Source: an uncultured Anaerolinea sp. (GTDB taxonomy: Bacteria; Chloroflexota; Anaerolineae; Anaerolineales; Anaerolineaceae). From it: a DNA stretch of 64,000 bases. Shown here piece after piece: positions 39,067-49,226 of the stretch. The notes under the pieces were generated by a model. It saw nothing but the letters and a program-made list of their open reading frames with translations, did not search any database and was not told the DNA's origin. Position 1 is the stretch's first letter. Every line of letters starts with the position of its first letter. Made by a program: the position numbers and the translations under genes. The stretch lies in the NCBI GenBank assembly GCA_964453115.1, contig CAYVRT010000012.1:33264-97263 (forward strand), written 5' to 3'.

Positions 39067-39936
39067 TTATAAAATGTACAGGAAGAGCAATACAAAGATG
39101 CCCCACAGAACCACAGTGGCCTGTAGGGGACGGTCACTGAGTAGCATTTCTTCTGGTTCGCCGCCCGCTTTTTGCACCTGAATGAGATACAAGTAGCGAA
39201 AGATGCCGTAGATGACAAATGGGATGGTCAGCATCATCGAGTGATTGGCAGGTAGGTTGGGGGCCGAAAAGGTGTAAAGGCTGTAAGCGACGATGGTCGT
39301 GCCGGAGACGATGGTGATGAATTGATCAAGCAGGGGTAAGGTGTAGCCGGAGAGCACGCGGCGGTGCGCATTGGCATCATTTTCCAGCAGGGTTAGTTCG
39401 GCGCGTCGTTTTCCAAATCCCAGGTAGAGTGCCAGCAAGGTTGTGACGACATAGAGCCAGGGAGAGAAGCGCTGCACCTCGATGATTGAAACGCCAGCGC
39501 CAACGCGCAGCACAAAGCCAGAGGCAAGTACGAGGACATCAATCAACGGAATGTGTTTGAGCCAGATGGAATAGGCCAGGTTGGTGATGAAGTAGATCAG
39601 TGCAATCCACAGAAAATTGAGTGAGAGCAGGCCGGCAGCGGTGCATGTGAACAGAAACAGGCCAATGGCAAACGGGACGGCAACCCGCACGGGCAATTTG
39701 CCTGAGGCAATGGGGCGGTTGCGCTTTTTGGGATGCAGGCGATCGGCCTCAATGTCAGCCAGATCGTTGATGATATAGATGGAACTGGAGAGCAAGCAGA
39801 ACAACAACATTCCAAGCACAGAGCGCCAGACAGCCTGTGGGTTGGTGATTTGTCCATCAAAGACGATGGCGGCCAGGACGAAGGCATTTTTCGTCCATTG
39901 ACGGGGACGCATGGTTTTGAGCAGGGCTTTGAACAT
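39067..39936 (-). CDS. UbiA-family prenyltransferase (decaprenyl-phosphate phosphoribosyltransferase-like)
   Basis: MRPRQWTKNAFVLAAIVF, NDLADIEADRLHPKKRNRPIASG and about 8 TM segments. Confidence 0.75.
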   Translation of the reverse strand: MFKALLKTMRPRQWTKNAFVLAAIVFDGQITNPQAVWRSVLGMLLFCLLSSSIYIINDLADIEADRLHPKKRNRPIASGKLPVRVAVPFAIGLFLFTCTAAGLLSLNFLWIALIYFITNLAYSIWLKHIPLIDVLVLASGFVLRVGAGVSIIEVQRFSPWLYVVTTLLALYLGFGKRRAELTLLENDANAHRRVLSGYTLPLLDQFITIVSGTTIVAYSLYTFSAPNLPANHSMMLTIPFVIYGIFRYLYLIQVQKAGGEPEEMLLSDRPLQATVVLWGIFVLLFLYIL

Positions 39937-40025
39937 AATTTTAAGTATAACACAGGAGCCTGTTAGGGGTGTGCAAAGTATGTGTTTTGGCTATAATGGT
40001 ACTATCTTTTCTTGAGGAGCTTGTA

Positions 40026-40973
40026 ATGAGCGAAACAACAGCCAAACAACACGTGGTGTTTGAAGGTGTGGAGCTGGGGCTGGGAACCTGGTCTTGGGGT
40101 GACCGATTGTTTTGGGGATATGGGCGTGGCTATCGTGATGAGGATATTCGCAAGGCGTATGATGCAAGCCTGGAAGCGGGTGTATTCTTCATGGATACGG
40201 CAGAGGTTTATGGTCAGGGGCGCTCAGAAACGTTGTTGGGGAAGTTTTTAGCTGAAACACAGCAACAGGTGGTGGTGGCGACTAAATTTATGCCTTTCCC
40301 GTGGCGTTTGGGGCGAGGGACTTTACTGCGGGCGTTGCGCCATAGCCTGAAGCGTTTGGGCCTTTCAAAAGTGGCATTGTATCAGGTTCACTGGCCTTTG
40401 CCGCCTGTGCAAATTGAGATTTGGATGGAGGCGATGACAGACGCGGTGCAGGCTGGTTTGACGGAGGCGGCGGGTGTATCCAATTATGATCGTAAACAGA
40501 TGCAGCGTGCTTATGATGTGTTAACGCGGCAGGGGGTGCCGCTGGCCTCTAATCAGGTTGAATATAGTTTGTTGGATCGGCGGGTGGAAAAGAATGGCCT
40601 GTTGAAGCAATGTCAGGAAATGGGCGTCAAGCTGATTGCCTACAGTCCACTGGCGATGGGGATGTTGACTGGTAAATACACGCCAGAGAATCCACCACAG
40701 GGTTTTCGGGCGCGGCGTTACAATGCCGGGTATCTCGCATCTATCAAACCGCTGGTTGATCAACTGAAGCGGATTGGAGCGGATCATGCTGGCAAGACGG
40801 CGGCACAGGTGGCGCTGAATTGGGTGATTTGCAAGGGTGCCTTGCCAATTCCAGGAGCCAAGACTCTGTCTCAGGCGCAACAGAACGCGGCTGCGTTGGG
40901 ATGGCGATTGACCGATGAAGAGGTGGCGCGGTTGGATGAAGTGAGTGATCGGGTGCAGAAGGCAACGGCCTGA
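40026..40973 (+). CDS. aldo/keto reductase
   Basis: The ATG at 40026 gives LGLGTWSWGD, FMDTAEVYG, YQVHWP and IPGAKT motifs. Confidence 0.85.
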   Translation: MSETTAKQHVVFEGVELGLGTWSWGDRLFWGYGRGYRDEDIRKAYDASLEAGVFFMDTAEVYGQGRSETLLGKFLAETQQQVVVATKFMPFPWRLGRGTLLRALRHSLKRLGLSKVALYQVHWPLPPVQIEIWMEAMTDAVQAGLTEAAGVSNYDRKQMQRAYDVLTRQGVPLASNQVEYSLLDRRVEKNGLLKQCQEMGVKLIAYSPLAMGMLTGKYTPENPPQGFRARRYNAGYLASIKPLVDQLKRIGADHAGKTAAQVALNWVICKGALPIPGAKTLSQAQQNAAALGWRLTDEEVARLDEVSDRVQKATA

Positions 40974-40990
40974 GCGAAAGGGCGATTTGG

Positions 40991-42658
40991 ATGATGCGAG
41001 CATTGCGGCCTGGGCTGTGGCTGGTTGTTTTTTTGTTGTTGGTGGGATGTGATGGGAGGGCAACCCCTACACTGTCTCCGCAGCTTCCCTCTGTGACGGC
41101 AACGCGGACTCGCCGCCCGCCCACTTCAACCCCTGTGCCAACAGCAACGCCTGTGTTGCCATTGGTAGTGTTGGATGATGCGTTGCCTGTGGCGCTCCAT
41201 CGGCAGATGCAGGAGAGTGGTTTGCGCCTGGTGAAAGCTGAGGAAGGTCAGGTGTTGCGTTTTGGGATGGTGAGCGAAGAAGCACCCTGGGCTGTGGGGT
41301 GGGTATATGCGCTGGTTGCACCATTTGGTACACTGGCGGATGAATGTGAGCTGAGTCTGTTGCAAGCCGTTTGGCAGGGGCAGCCGCCGGAAGGAGGCGT
41401 GCTGCAAGACCTTTACCTTTCTCCTGAGACGATGGCGGTTTGGAAACAGGCTTGGGGAGAGCCAGAGGCATTGCACGTGCATGTTGTCGCAGATTCGGCA
41501 TTGCTGAGCACAGTATGGGAACAGCCCAGGGCCTGGGCAATCCTGCCGTTTGAACAATTGCAGCCGCGCTGGAAGGTCATCCGCCTGGCGGGGCGCTCGC
41601 CCTTGGATTGGGAATTTGACCCGGATGCCTATGCATTGACGGCGCATTTTGGCATGTCGGGCGATGCGGTGATGCTGGCGGCTTTGCCTGCTTCTCCGCC
41701 ATTGCTGAGCAACCGCGATGCACAGCGTTTGACGGTCGTGGTGATGACTGGCACGACGGCAATGGTGCGTCATACAGCAGAAAAGATGGAACTGAAAGGA
41801 TTGGACTATCCCTACACGCTGATTCAACCCTGGCTGGAGCAGGGCGATTTTCTACACATCAGCAATGAGGCGGTGTTTTATTCTGAATGTCCGCCGGCGG
41901 TACCATTCCGTACCCGGGCGCAGTTTTGCAGTGCGCCGGGATATTTTGCCGTTCTTGAGGCGCTGGGGGTGGATATTGTGGAGCTGACTGGCAACCATTT
42001 GCTGGATTGGGGTGGGCCTGCCTTGCAGGAGACATTGGCGCGTTATGAGGAAAACGGGTTGCTAACCTATGGTGGCGGAGAAAATTTGGATGCTGCTCGG
42101 GCGGTTTTGAAGATTGAACACCATGGCAATCGGCTGGCGTTTTTGGGCTGTAATGCCATTGGCCCGCAAACCGTTTATGCAACAAGAAATTCGCCCGGCG
42201 CAGCGCCCTGTGACTTGATGGGGTTGGAAAAAACGGTGCGCCAATTGCGACGGGAAGGCTATTTGCCAATAGTCACCTTTCAACATTTGGAGGTGGAGAG
42301 CAATCAGGCGCCTTCTGCGCTGCGTACCGATTTTCGACAGATGGGGTGGGCTGGGGCGGTAATTGTCAGTGGAAGTCAGGCACATGTTCCACATGGTTTT
42401 GGGTTTGTGGTGGCGGAGGATTGGACACCGGAGGGCTTTTTGAGTTATGGGCTGGGGAACTTGTTCTTTGATCAAATGTTCCCGCTTGCCCGGCCCGGGT
42501 TGATTGAGCGGCACATTTTTTATGATGGGCGCTACCTGGGAAATGAAATTTTGGTGACGATGTTGGAGGATTCGGCACAACGCCGCCCGGCAACGCTGGA
42601 GGAACGCCAAAAATTGCTAGACATTTTATTTGCAGAGAGTGACTTGAAATTGCCATGA
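40991..42658 (+). CDS. CapA-family (PGA_cap metallophosphatase-like) lipoprotein, copy 1
   Basis: Lipobox LLLVGC. The ~230-aa N-terminal domain precedes a CapA-like core (VVVMTGTTAMVR, ELTGNHLLDWG, GSQAH). Confidence 0.7.
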   Translation: MMRALRPGLWLVVFLLLVGCDGRATPTLSPQLPSVTATRTRRPPTSTPVPTATPVLPLVVLDDALPVALHRQMQESGLRLVKAEEGQVLRFGMVSEEAPWAVGWVYALVAPFGTLADECELSLLQAVWQGQPPEGGVLQDLYLSPETMAVWKQAWGEPEALHVHVVADSALLSTVWEQPRAWAILPFEQLQPRWKVIRLAGRSPLDWEFDPDAYALTAHFGMSGDAVMLAALPASPPLLSNRDAQRLTVVVMTGTTAMVRHTAEKMELKGLDYPYTLIQPWLEQGDFLHISNEAVFYSECPPAVPFRTRAQFCSAPGYFAVLEALGVDIVELTGNHLLDWGGPALQETLARYEENGLLTYGGGENLDAARAVLKIEHHGNRLAFLGCNAIGPQTVYATRNSPGAAPCDLMGLEKTVRQLRREGYLPIVTFQHLEVESNQAPSALRTDFRQMGWAGAVIVSGSQAHVPHGFGFVVAEDWTPEGFLSYGLGNLFFDQMFPLARPGLIERHIFYDGRYLGNEILVTMLEDSAQRRPATLEERQKLLDILFAESDLKLP

Positions 42659-44325
42659 AACGGATGCGAATGGCTCTTCTTTTGCTGGGGGTGTTGGTTG
42701 GCTGTGTTCGCACATTGCCGCAGCCGCAAAGTACCCCCGTGACCGAAACCCGGTTGCCAACAGCAACCTTGCTGCCAACCATCACTGCAACCCCGCTGCC
42801 CGGGTTGGGTGAGCTGCAAGCCTGGGTTTCGGCAGCAGCGCCTGCTGAACTGGCAAATGCCTGGCATTTGCCTGAAGCTGTGCAGCACACGTCAAACCCG
42901 GCAGAAGCAGATTTGCGCTTGCAGCCAGATGTTAATGGGCCAATTGCCTGGGTCTACGCATTGGTGACGCCTTTTCCAAACCTGTTGGATGAGGTGAGCC
43001 TGGAAGAATTGAGCGCCGCCTGGGCCGGACAATTGGATTGGGCAGCCGGTGTGCCGTTGGGCATGTCTTCGCAAACCCGCGCTGCATTGGTTGCCTTGTG
43101 GGGCGAGCCAGCTGCTGGGGCGGTGTGGGTGGAGGAGGATGGGCAGCGCTTGTTGGAGCAGGCCTGGGGTGCTGGGCGCGCCTGGGCGATTGTGCCATTT
43201 GCTGAACTTGAGCCGCGCTGGAAGGTCATTCGAATTGAGGGCCAATCACCCTTGGATCGGCAATTGGATGTGATGGCCTACCCGCTTACCCTGCGTTTGT
43301 CTGTGACGTTTAATGAGCGGGCGCAGGTGGCGTTTGAAGCAGCTGGGCTGCCTTTGCCAGTGGAATTATCTGGCAACCGCGACCCGCAACGGTTGAGCAT
43401 TGTTCTGCTGACGGGAACAACCGCATTGGTGCGTGCAACCGCCTATACAATGAATCAGAAAGGGGTGGAGTATCCGGCTGGGGATGTGTTGCACTGGCTC
43501 GAGGCAGCCGATAGGGTGCATATCAGCAATGAAGCGTCCTTCAACCCCAATTGCCCTGAGCCGGGTCTATATGATGCGACGATGCTATTTTGTAGCGATC
43601 CAGCCCATGTTGAGCTGTTTTCGGCGATGGGGGTGGATGTGGTGGAGTTGAGTGGCAATCATTTGGCCGATCATGGTCGAGATGCATTGGTTGAGACAAT
43701 GCGCCTGTTGCAGGAACGCGGAATTCGCACCTATGCCGCTGGTGAAAATGCGCAAGCTGCGCGGCAGCCATTGCGGTTTGAAGATCATGGCAATCGGTTG
43801 GCTTTCATTGGATGCAACAATGCCGGGCCAGATCATGTTTGGGCAACCAATGACCTGCCAGGGGTTGCCAATTGTGAAGACTTGCGCTGGATGGAGGAGT
43901 CGGTGCAGCAATTGCGCAATGAAGGCTATTTGCCGATTGTAACCTTCCAGTATAAGGAATCACTGGCTTCGCTCCCCGCCCCTTGGGAGGTGGAGGACTT
44001 TCGCCGTATGGCAGAGGCTGGCGCGGTGGTGGTGAGCGGTAGTCAGGCGCATTACCCAATGACCTTTGAGCTTTATCAGGGGGCATTGATCCATTATGGG
44101 CTGGGAAATTTCATCTTCGATCAGATGTATGAATTGGGAACGCGGCAGGAGATTCTCGATCGGCATGTGTTCTATGATGGGCGCTACCTGGGTGTTGAGG
44201 TGTTGACGGCGATGCTGGAAGATTATTCGCGCCCGCGCCCCATGACAGATGCTGAACGTCAGGATTTGTTGAGGCGAATTTTTGCTGATAGTGGCTGGAA
44301 AACTTTCGATTTTAAAAAGGAGTGA
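42655..44325 (+). CDS. CapA-family lipoprotein, copy 2 (paralogue of copy 1)
   Basis: Lipobox GVLVGC. Collinear similarity to copy 1 along the full length (WVYALVTPF, PRWKVIRIEGQSPLD, LLTGTTALVR, ELSGNHLADHG, GSQAH). ATGA overlap with copy 1. Confidence 0.7.
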   Translation: MKRMRMALLLLGVLVGCVRTLPQPQSTPVTETRLPTATLLPTITATPLPGLGELQAWVSAAAPAELANAWHLPEAVQHTSNPAEADLRLQPDVNGPIAWVYALVTPFPNLLDEVSLEELSAAWAGQLDWAAGVPLGMSSQTRAALVALWGEPAAGAVWVEEDGQRLLEQAWGAGRAWAIVPFAELEPRWKVIRIEGQSPLDRQLDVMAYPLTLRLSVTFNERAQVAFEAAGLPLPVELSGNRDPQRLSIVLLTGTTALVRATAYTMNQKGVEYPAGDVLHWLEAADRVHISNEASFNPNCPEPGLYDATMLFCSDPAHVELFSAMGVDVVELSGNHLADHGRDALVETMRLLQERGIRTYAAGENAQAARQPLRFEDHGNRLAFIGCNNAGPDHVWATNDLPGVANCEDLRWMEESVQQLRNEGYLPIVTFQYKESLASLPAPWEVEDFRRMAEAGAVVVSGSQAHYPMTFELYQGALIHYGLGNFIFDQMYELGTRQEILDRHVFYDGRYLGVEVLTAMLEDYSRPRPMTDAERQDLLRRIFADSGWKTFDFKKE

Positions 44326-44964
44326 ATGATGAAAATCCATGATGTTTCTTTGTTGATTGAGCCAGGCATGGTGGTGTGGCCGGGCGATCCTGAGGTGGAA
44401 TTGTATCGTGTGTCAAAAATTGAGGAGGGGGCGAATGCGAATGTTTCTCATATGCGCCTGGGGGTGCATACTGGCACGCATGTAGATGCGCCGTATCACT
44501 TTTTGGCGGATGGACGAAAGGTGGAGACTTTGGCGCTGGAGGCTCTGATTGGCCCGGTGCAGGTGGTGGATGTTGGCGAGATGGTGGATGAATTGAATGA
44601 GGCTGTGTTGCGCTCAGCCGGGCTTGCCGAGGGTGTGGAGCGGGTGCTGTTCAAGACGCGCAATTCGGCGCACTGGCAGCGTGGCGAGCGCAGCTTTCAG
44701 ACCAATTTTGTTGCCATTCCGGCAGATGGCGCGGCCTATTTGGCCGGGCGCGGCATCCAATTGGTGGGGGTGGATTATCTTTCCGTTGCGCCGTATAAGA
44801 ACAGCCGTCCGACGCATGAGATTCTTCTCCGGGCAGGGATGGTTTTGTTGGAAGGTGTCAATTTGAGCGGAATTGCAGCAGGCTGGTATGAATTGTGTTG
44901 CTTGCCGATGAGGTTGGCGGGTTCGGATGGGGCGCCGGCGCGCACGGTGCTAATCGAGCGTTAG
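44326..44964 (+). CDS. putative cyclase / kynurenine formamidase-family hydrolase
   Basis: HTGTHVDAPYHF metal-binding motif. The start abuts the stop of CapA copy 2. Confidence 0.75.
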   Translation: MMKIHDVSLLIEPGMVVWPGDPEVELYRVSKIEEGANANVSHMRLGVHTGTHVDAPYHFLADGRKVETLALEALIGPVQVVDVGEMVDELNEAVLRSAGLAEGVERVLFKTRNSAHWQRGERSFQTNFVAIPADGAAYLAGRGIQLVGVDYLSVAPYKNSRPTHEILLRAGMVLLEGVNLSGIAAGWYELCCLPMRLAGSDGAPARTVLIER

Positions 44965-45402
44965 TTGATTGGGTGAGTCGTAGTGCAGCGGCGGAAGATG
45001 CCGTGCATCAAATTCGGCAATCCGATTGGGGCCGAGTTGAAGCACTTCGGCTTCCACCTGACGTGCATCCTGGCGCAGGCGGGCAACATCAATTCCATAG
45101 CAACGATCTGGATAGGGTGCAAGCCAGCGTTGGGCGCGGGTGAACATTTTGATTGTGCCGATGTAGTTGCCGCGCAATAGGTGATAGTAGGCAACCGCAA
45201 TTTGCAGAATGCCGCGGTAGAGTTCGCGCACCAAACCGTGCTCGGCTTGCCAGGCAAGTTCCAATTCCTCATGGGCATCAAAATAGCGCCCTTGATTGAA
45301 GAGTGCCAACCCGCGCTGCGCTGCAACGGGCAGGCTGCCCTGATGGCAGGCTGCCGCAGCTTCAGCAGCAGAGAAGGTGGGGCCAGGAACATTGCTTTCC
45401 AT
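44950..45402 (-). CDS. DUF309-domain protein
   Basis: GLALFNQGRYFDAHEELELAWQ is the DUF309 hallmark. Confidence 0.7.
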   Translation of the reverse strand: MESNVPGPTFSAAEAAAACHQGSLPVAAQRGLALFNQGRYFDAHEELELAWQAEHGLVRELYRGILQIAVAYYHLLRGNYIGTIKMFTRAQRWLAPYPDRCYGIDVARLRQDARQVEAEVLQLGPNRIAEFDARHLPPLHYDSPNQLTLD

Positions 45403-45520
45403 GGGTTGATTGTAACATGGAGTGGCGCTTGTCTGCTTTTTTTGTGATGTTGGCTACCTGATGGGCGGGGACTTTTGTGTTAAGATAGAGGTACTGAATT
45501 TTCATCAAATCGAGGAGCCT

Positions 45521-46870
45521 ATGTTGAACTTACCGGACGATCAAATTTTACCGCTTTCGCTGGAGCATAACTTTTGGACCTGGTCGGCACAGGGCAAAGT
45601 CAGTCCGATTCCTGTGCAACGTGCCGAGGGGGTGTATTTTTGGGATGTGAATGGCAAACGGTATCTGGATATGAATTCGATGGTGATGTGCTGTAACATT
45701 GGGCATGGTGACCGACGGGTGATTGAGGCGATTGTGCAGCAGGTGCAGGAACTGCCATTTGCCGGCCCGGGGATGGCAACCCGGCCGCGAGCATTGCTTG
45801 GCAAGGTGTTGAGTGAAATTACACCGCCGGGGCTGGACCGTTTTTTGTATACCCTGGGTGGGGCCGACGCGAATGAAAATGCCATCAAGCTGGCGCGTGC
45901 ATATACCGGACGCTCCAAAATTCTGGCACGCTACCGCTCTTATCATGGCGCAACCTATGGGGCGATTGCCGCAACGGGTGACCCGCGTCGCACTGCCTGG
46001 GAGCCGACGGTGATGCCGGGCGTGGTTCATTTTTTGGATCCTTATCGCTATCGTTCCACGTTTCACCGCACCAATCCAGAGATTTCGGAAGAAGAATTCA
46101 ACCAAGATTACCTCAATCATTTGGAAGAGGTCATCCAATATGAGGGGCCAAAAACGATTGCTGCCATTCTGATCGAGTCGGTGACTGGCACCAATGGCAT
46201 TTTGATCCCGCCTGCGGGGTATATGCAGGGCGTGCGTGAAATTTGTGACCGATATGGGATTGTGATGATTTGCGATGAGGTGATGAGCGGTTTTGGTCGA
46301 ACGGGGCGCTGGTTCGCGGTGAATCATTGGAATGTGACGCCGGATATTATGACGATGGCGAAGGGCCTGACCTCCGGTTATGCACCATTGGGGGCTGTTG
46401 CAATGCGGCAGGAAATAGCTGACACTTTCAAAGACCATGCTTATGAAGGCGGCTTGACCTATAATGGACATCCGCTCTCGCTGGCTGCGGCGATTGCGAC
46501 GATTGGGGTGATGCAACAAGATGGGCTGGTGGAGCGCTCGGCGCAGATGGGACAGGTGATGGCGGAGATGATGGCAGAATTAACCGATCGGCATCCTTCC
46601 ATTGGTGAAGCGCGCTCGATTGGTTTGTTTGGTGTGTTGGAACTGGTGCGAAACCGTAAGACGCGCGAGCCGATGGCGCCATTCAATGGGGCTAGTTCGG
46701 AGATGGCAGCCTTGCGCAAGAATTTGCTGGATCAGGGTGTGTTTTTGTATACGCATTGGCACACAGTTCTGCTCATCCCGCCATTGATTATTACGTCGGA
46801 GCAATTGGGCGATGCGTTTGCGGCGCTTGACCGAGCATTGCAAATTACGGATGGGGCTGTCAAGGAATGA
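45521..46870 (+). CDS. class III (omega) aminotransferase
   Basis: The ATG at 45521 follows GAGGAG. Motifs GGADANENAIKLAR, CDEVMSGFGRTG and TMAKGLTSGY (PLP Lys). Confidence 0.85.
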   Translation: MLNLPDDQILPLSLEHNFWTWSAQGKVSPIPVQRAEGVYFWDVNGKRYLDMNSMVMCCNIGHGDRRVIEAIVQQVQELPFAGPGMATRPRALLGKVLSEITPPGLDRFLYTLGGADANENAIKLARAYTGRSKILARYRSYHGATYGAIAATGDPRRTAWEPTVMPGVVHFLDPYRYRSTFHRTNPEISEEEFNQDYLNHLEEVIQYEGPKTIAAILIESVTGTNGILIPPAGYMQGVREICDRYGIVMICDEVMSGFGRTGRWFAVNHWNVTPDIMTMAKGLTSGYAPLGAVAMRQEIADTFKDHAYEGGLTYNGHPLSLAAAIATIGVMQQDGLVERSAQMGQVMAEMMAELTDRHPSIGEARSIGLFGVLELVRNRKTREPMAPFNGASSEMAALRKNLLDQGVFLYTHWHTVLLIPPLIITSEQLGDAFAALDRALQITDGAVKE

Positions 46871-46933
46871 TGTTACTTTTGGATGGAAGTTGCATCTGAT
46901 AGAGAGATGAAACCGATTTTGAGAGGTTGAACA

Positions 46934-47914
46934 ATGGATTTTAAGTTGAGTTTTTCACCACAAAAAGCACAGGAAAAACTGGCCGAGACGGTGCCGGTGT
47001 TGATCCTTGGGGCTGGGCCGGCTGGCCTGACAGCAGCCCTCTATGCGGCGCGGGCGGAACTGCATCCAGTGGTTCTGACGGGGATGGCGTTGGGCGGGCA
47101 GGCATCCACAACCCACACGATTGAGAATTACCCCGGTTTTCCGGAGGGGGTGGGCGGTGCAGAATTGGGTGAGTTGTTTCAAAAACAAGCTGAGCGCTTT
47201 GGGGCGCGATTTGAGTTCGATTCGGCGACAGAGGTTGACCTTTCGCAACGTCCCTTTCGCGTTCAAACCTATGGGCGTGAATACCTGGCCCAGGCTTTGA
47301 TTTTGGCAACGGGTGCTTCGCCGAATTATCTGAATGTGCCTGGGGAGAAAGAGTTGACGGGCAAAGGTGTTTCGTACTGCGCAACTTGCGATGGTTGGTT
47401 CTTTAAGGGAAAGAAAGTGGCTGTAGTTGGCGGCGGGGATAGCGCACTTGAAGAGGCCATCTTCCTGACGCGTTATGCCGAGTCGGTGACGATTATTCAC
47501 CGTCGCGATGCGCTTCGCGCCGGGGCGATTTTGCAGCGTCGCGCGCTCAGTCATCCGCAAATTGAAGTAATTTGGGATACGGTAGTGACCGAGGCGGTTG
47601 GGGAACAGGCGCTGCGGGCTGTTAAGCTGCGCAACGTTCGGACGGGGGCAGAGAGCGAAATGCCGTTCGATGGATTGTTTATTTTCATTGGCAATCAACC
47701 CAACACAACGCTGTATCAGGGGCAGGTGGAGATGGATGAACGCGGCTATGTACGTTCGAACATGAACATGGAGACGAGTGTTCCAGGGGTGTTTGTCGCC
47801 GGCGAGGTGACAGACGCAACTTTTCGGCAGGTGATTACCTCTGCTGGGATGGGCGCTGCGGCAGCGATTCAGGCTGGGCGCTTTTTGGAACATGAGTCGT
47901 TGAAGGCTGAGTAA
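46934..47914 (+). CDS. trxB: thioredoxin-disulfide reductase
   Basis: GAGPAG FAD motif, redox-active [21 protein letters not shown] motif. Confidence 0.9.
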   Translation: MDFKLSFSPQKAQEKLAETVPVLILGAGPAGLTAALYAARAELHPVVLTGMALGGQASTTHTIENYPGFPEGVGGAELGELFQKQAERFGARFEFDSATEVDLSQRPFRVQTYGREYLAQALILATGASPNYLNVPGEKELTGKGVSYCATCDGWFFKGKKVAVVGGGDSALEEAIFLTRYAESVTIIHRRDALRAGAILQRRALSHPQIEVIWDTVVTEAVGEQALRAVKLRNVRTGAESEMPFDGLFIFIGNQPNTTLYQGQVEMDERGYVRSNMNMETSVPGVFVAGEVTDATFRQVITSAGMGAAAAIQAGRFLEHESLKAE

Positions 47915-47987
47915 AAACCGGGCTGATTGGTTATCAAAAAACATCTGATGGGTTAGCATCAGATGCTTTTTGATTGGTTGAGAGGGT

Positions 47988-49115
47988 TTAGGGCGCTCCG
48001 CCCGGCCACCAGATGAAGTAACGGAAAATGCTCACGGCTCCGGCAGGCTCCCAAATTGGTTCGCCATCGGCTGTGGTGCCAGTGGAGCGCACAACCACGA
48101 CCGACCAGCGCAGATTGTGCGGTTGATTGTCAATTGGGCGCAGGGCTGCCGGCACGGTGGAACTGTTGGCGGTGGTGTAAATCACTTGGCGGTTGCCGCT
48201 GCCAGAGGTGACATCCTCAATCGTCACGGCGTAGGATTCGCGCTCGCGCAATGGTTCATTGGCTGACCATTGCAGCGAGATGACATCCGAACCGCCTCGG
48301 AAGACGAATCCATCGGCTGGTTGCAGCAGGTCGGGGGCTGGGTGTGGCGGGGGCAGCGTGGCTGTGGGCGTTGGGCCGGCAGTTGGCAGGCGCTCGCAGA
48401 GCGGAATTTTCAGCTTTTGGCCGGTGTAGACGTTGTCTGAGACCAGGCTATTGTAGGTTTTGATGGATGTGACCGAGACGCTGAAGTTTGCTGCAATGCT
48501 GCTGAGTGTATCACCATCTTTAACGGTGTAATCGTACTTCTGGCAAGCAGAATCGGTAGCCTGAGCCTGGCTGACGGTTGAACTGGGCATGGGGGAAGGA
48601 GTGGCGGTTGGCTGTGGGATAAGCAGCTTTTGGCCGATGCTCAATGTGGTGCAATTGGTATCCAGGTTGTTGAGGGTGATGATGCTGTTGACGGATACAT
48701 TGTAGAAGTAGGCAATTGAAATGCACGAGTCATTGGCCTTGACGGTATATTCGACCGGCGGCAGTGGGGTGGCGGTTGGCTCCAGGGTGGGTGTCAGGGT
48801 CAGGGTGGGTGTAACGGTGATCGTGACGGTGATGGTTGGGCTGGGTGTGGGGGTCGGTTCCACCACGCGTCCGGTGCCGCTCAAGATGCCGAAGACAGCG
48901 CCTGCGCCAATGGCAAGCAGGAGGATGACAAGGCCAATGGCAATTGGCAGTGAAATGGTCACTGCCGGAATGCGGGCGCCTTGTACGGTTGCGGGTTTGT
49001 CTGCTGTGCTGGGGCTGAAACTGCGCCCACACACCAGGCAACGGGTGGCATTCTCAGCCAGCCGCGTTCCGCAAGTTGGACAGGTTTGAGGGGTAGAAGA
49101 ATTTTCTGGACTCAT
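47988..49115 (-). CDS. zinc-ribbon / TM / Pro-Thr linker / 2x LysM envelope protein
   Basis: The ATG at 49115 gives CPTCGTRLAENATRCLVCG and then TM PIAIGLVILLLAIGAGAVFGIL. Two LysM repeats (YTVKANDSCISIAYFYNVSVNSIITLNNL...; YTVKDGDTLSSIAANFSVSVTSIKTYNSL...). Confidence 0.75.
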   Translation of the reverse strand: MSPENSSTPQTCPTCGTRLAENATRCLVCGRSFSPSTADKPATVQGARIPAVTISLPIAIGLVILLLAIGAGAVFGILSGTGRVVEPTPTPSPTITVTITVTPTLTLTPTLEPTATPLPPVEYTVKANDSCISIAYFYNVSVNSIITLNNLDTNCTTLSIGQKLLIPQPTATPSPMPSSTVSQAQATDSACQKYDYTVKDGDTLSSIAANFSVSVTSIKTYNSLVSDNVYTGQKLKIPLCERLPTAGPTPTATLPPPHPAPDLLQPADGFVFRGGSDVISLQWSANEPLRERESYAVTIEDVTSGSGNRQVIYTTANSSTVPAALRPIDNQPHNLRWSVVVVRSTGTTADGEPIWEPAGAVSIFRYFIWWPGGAP

Positions 49116-49226
49116 AGTTTTTCTTGGTTTGAATTTGCCGGGGAAGCCCCCCGGCGTTCCCATTATACCATAACCGAAAATTTGGCAAGGTTTGCCGAAT
49201 TTTACGAGTTGTGTTATCCTCAGGTC

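Noticed and set aside
46955-47959. 334-aa ORF antisense to trxB
   Set aside because: This is a shadow ORF typical of GC-rich DNA. The translation is Arg/Pro/His-rich with no motifs, whereas the opposite strand encodes an unmistakable thioredoxin reductase.
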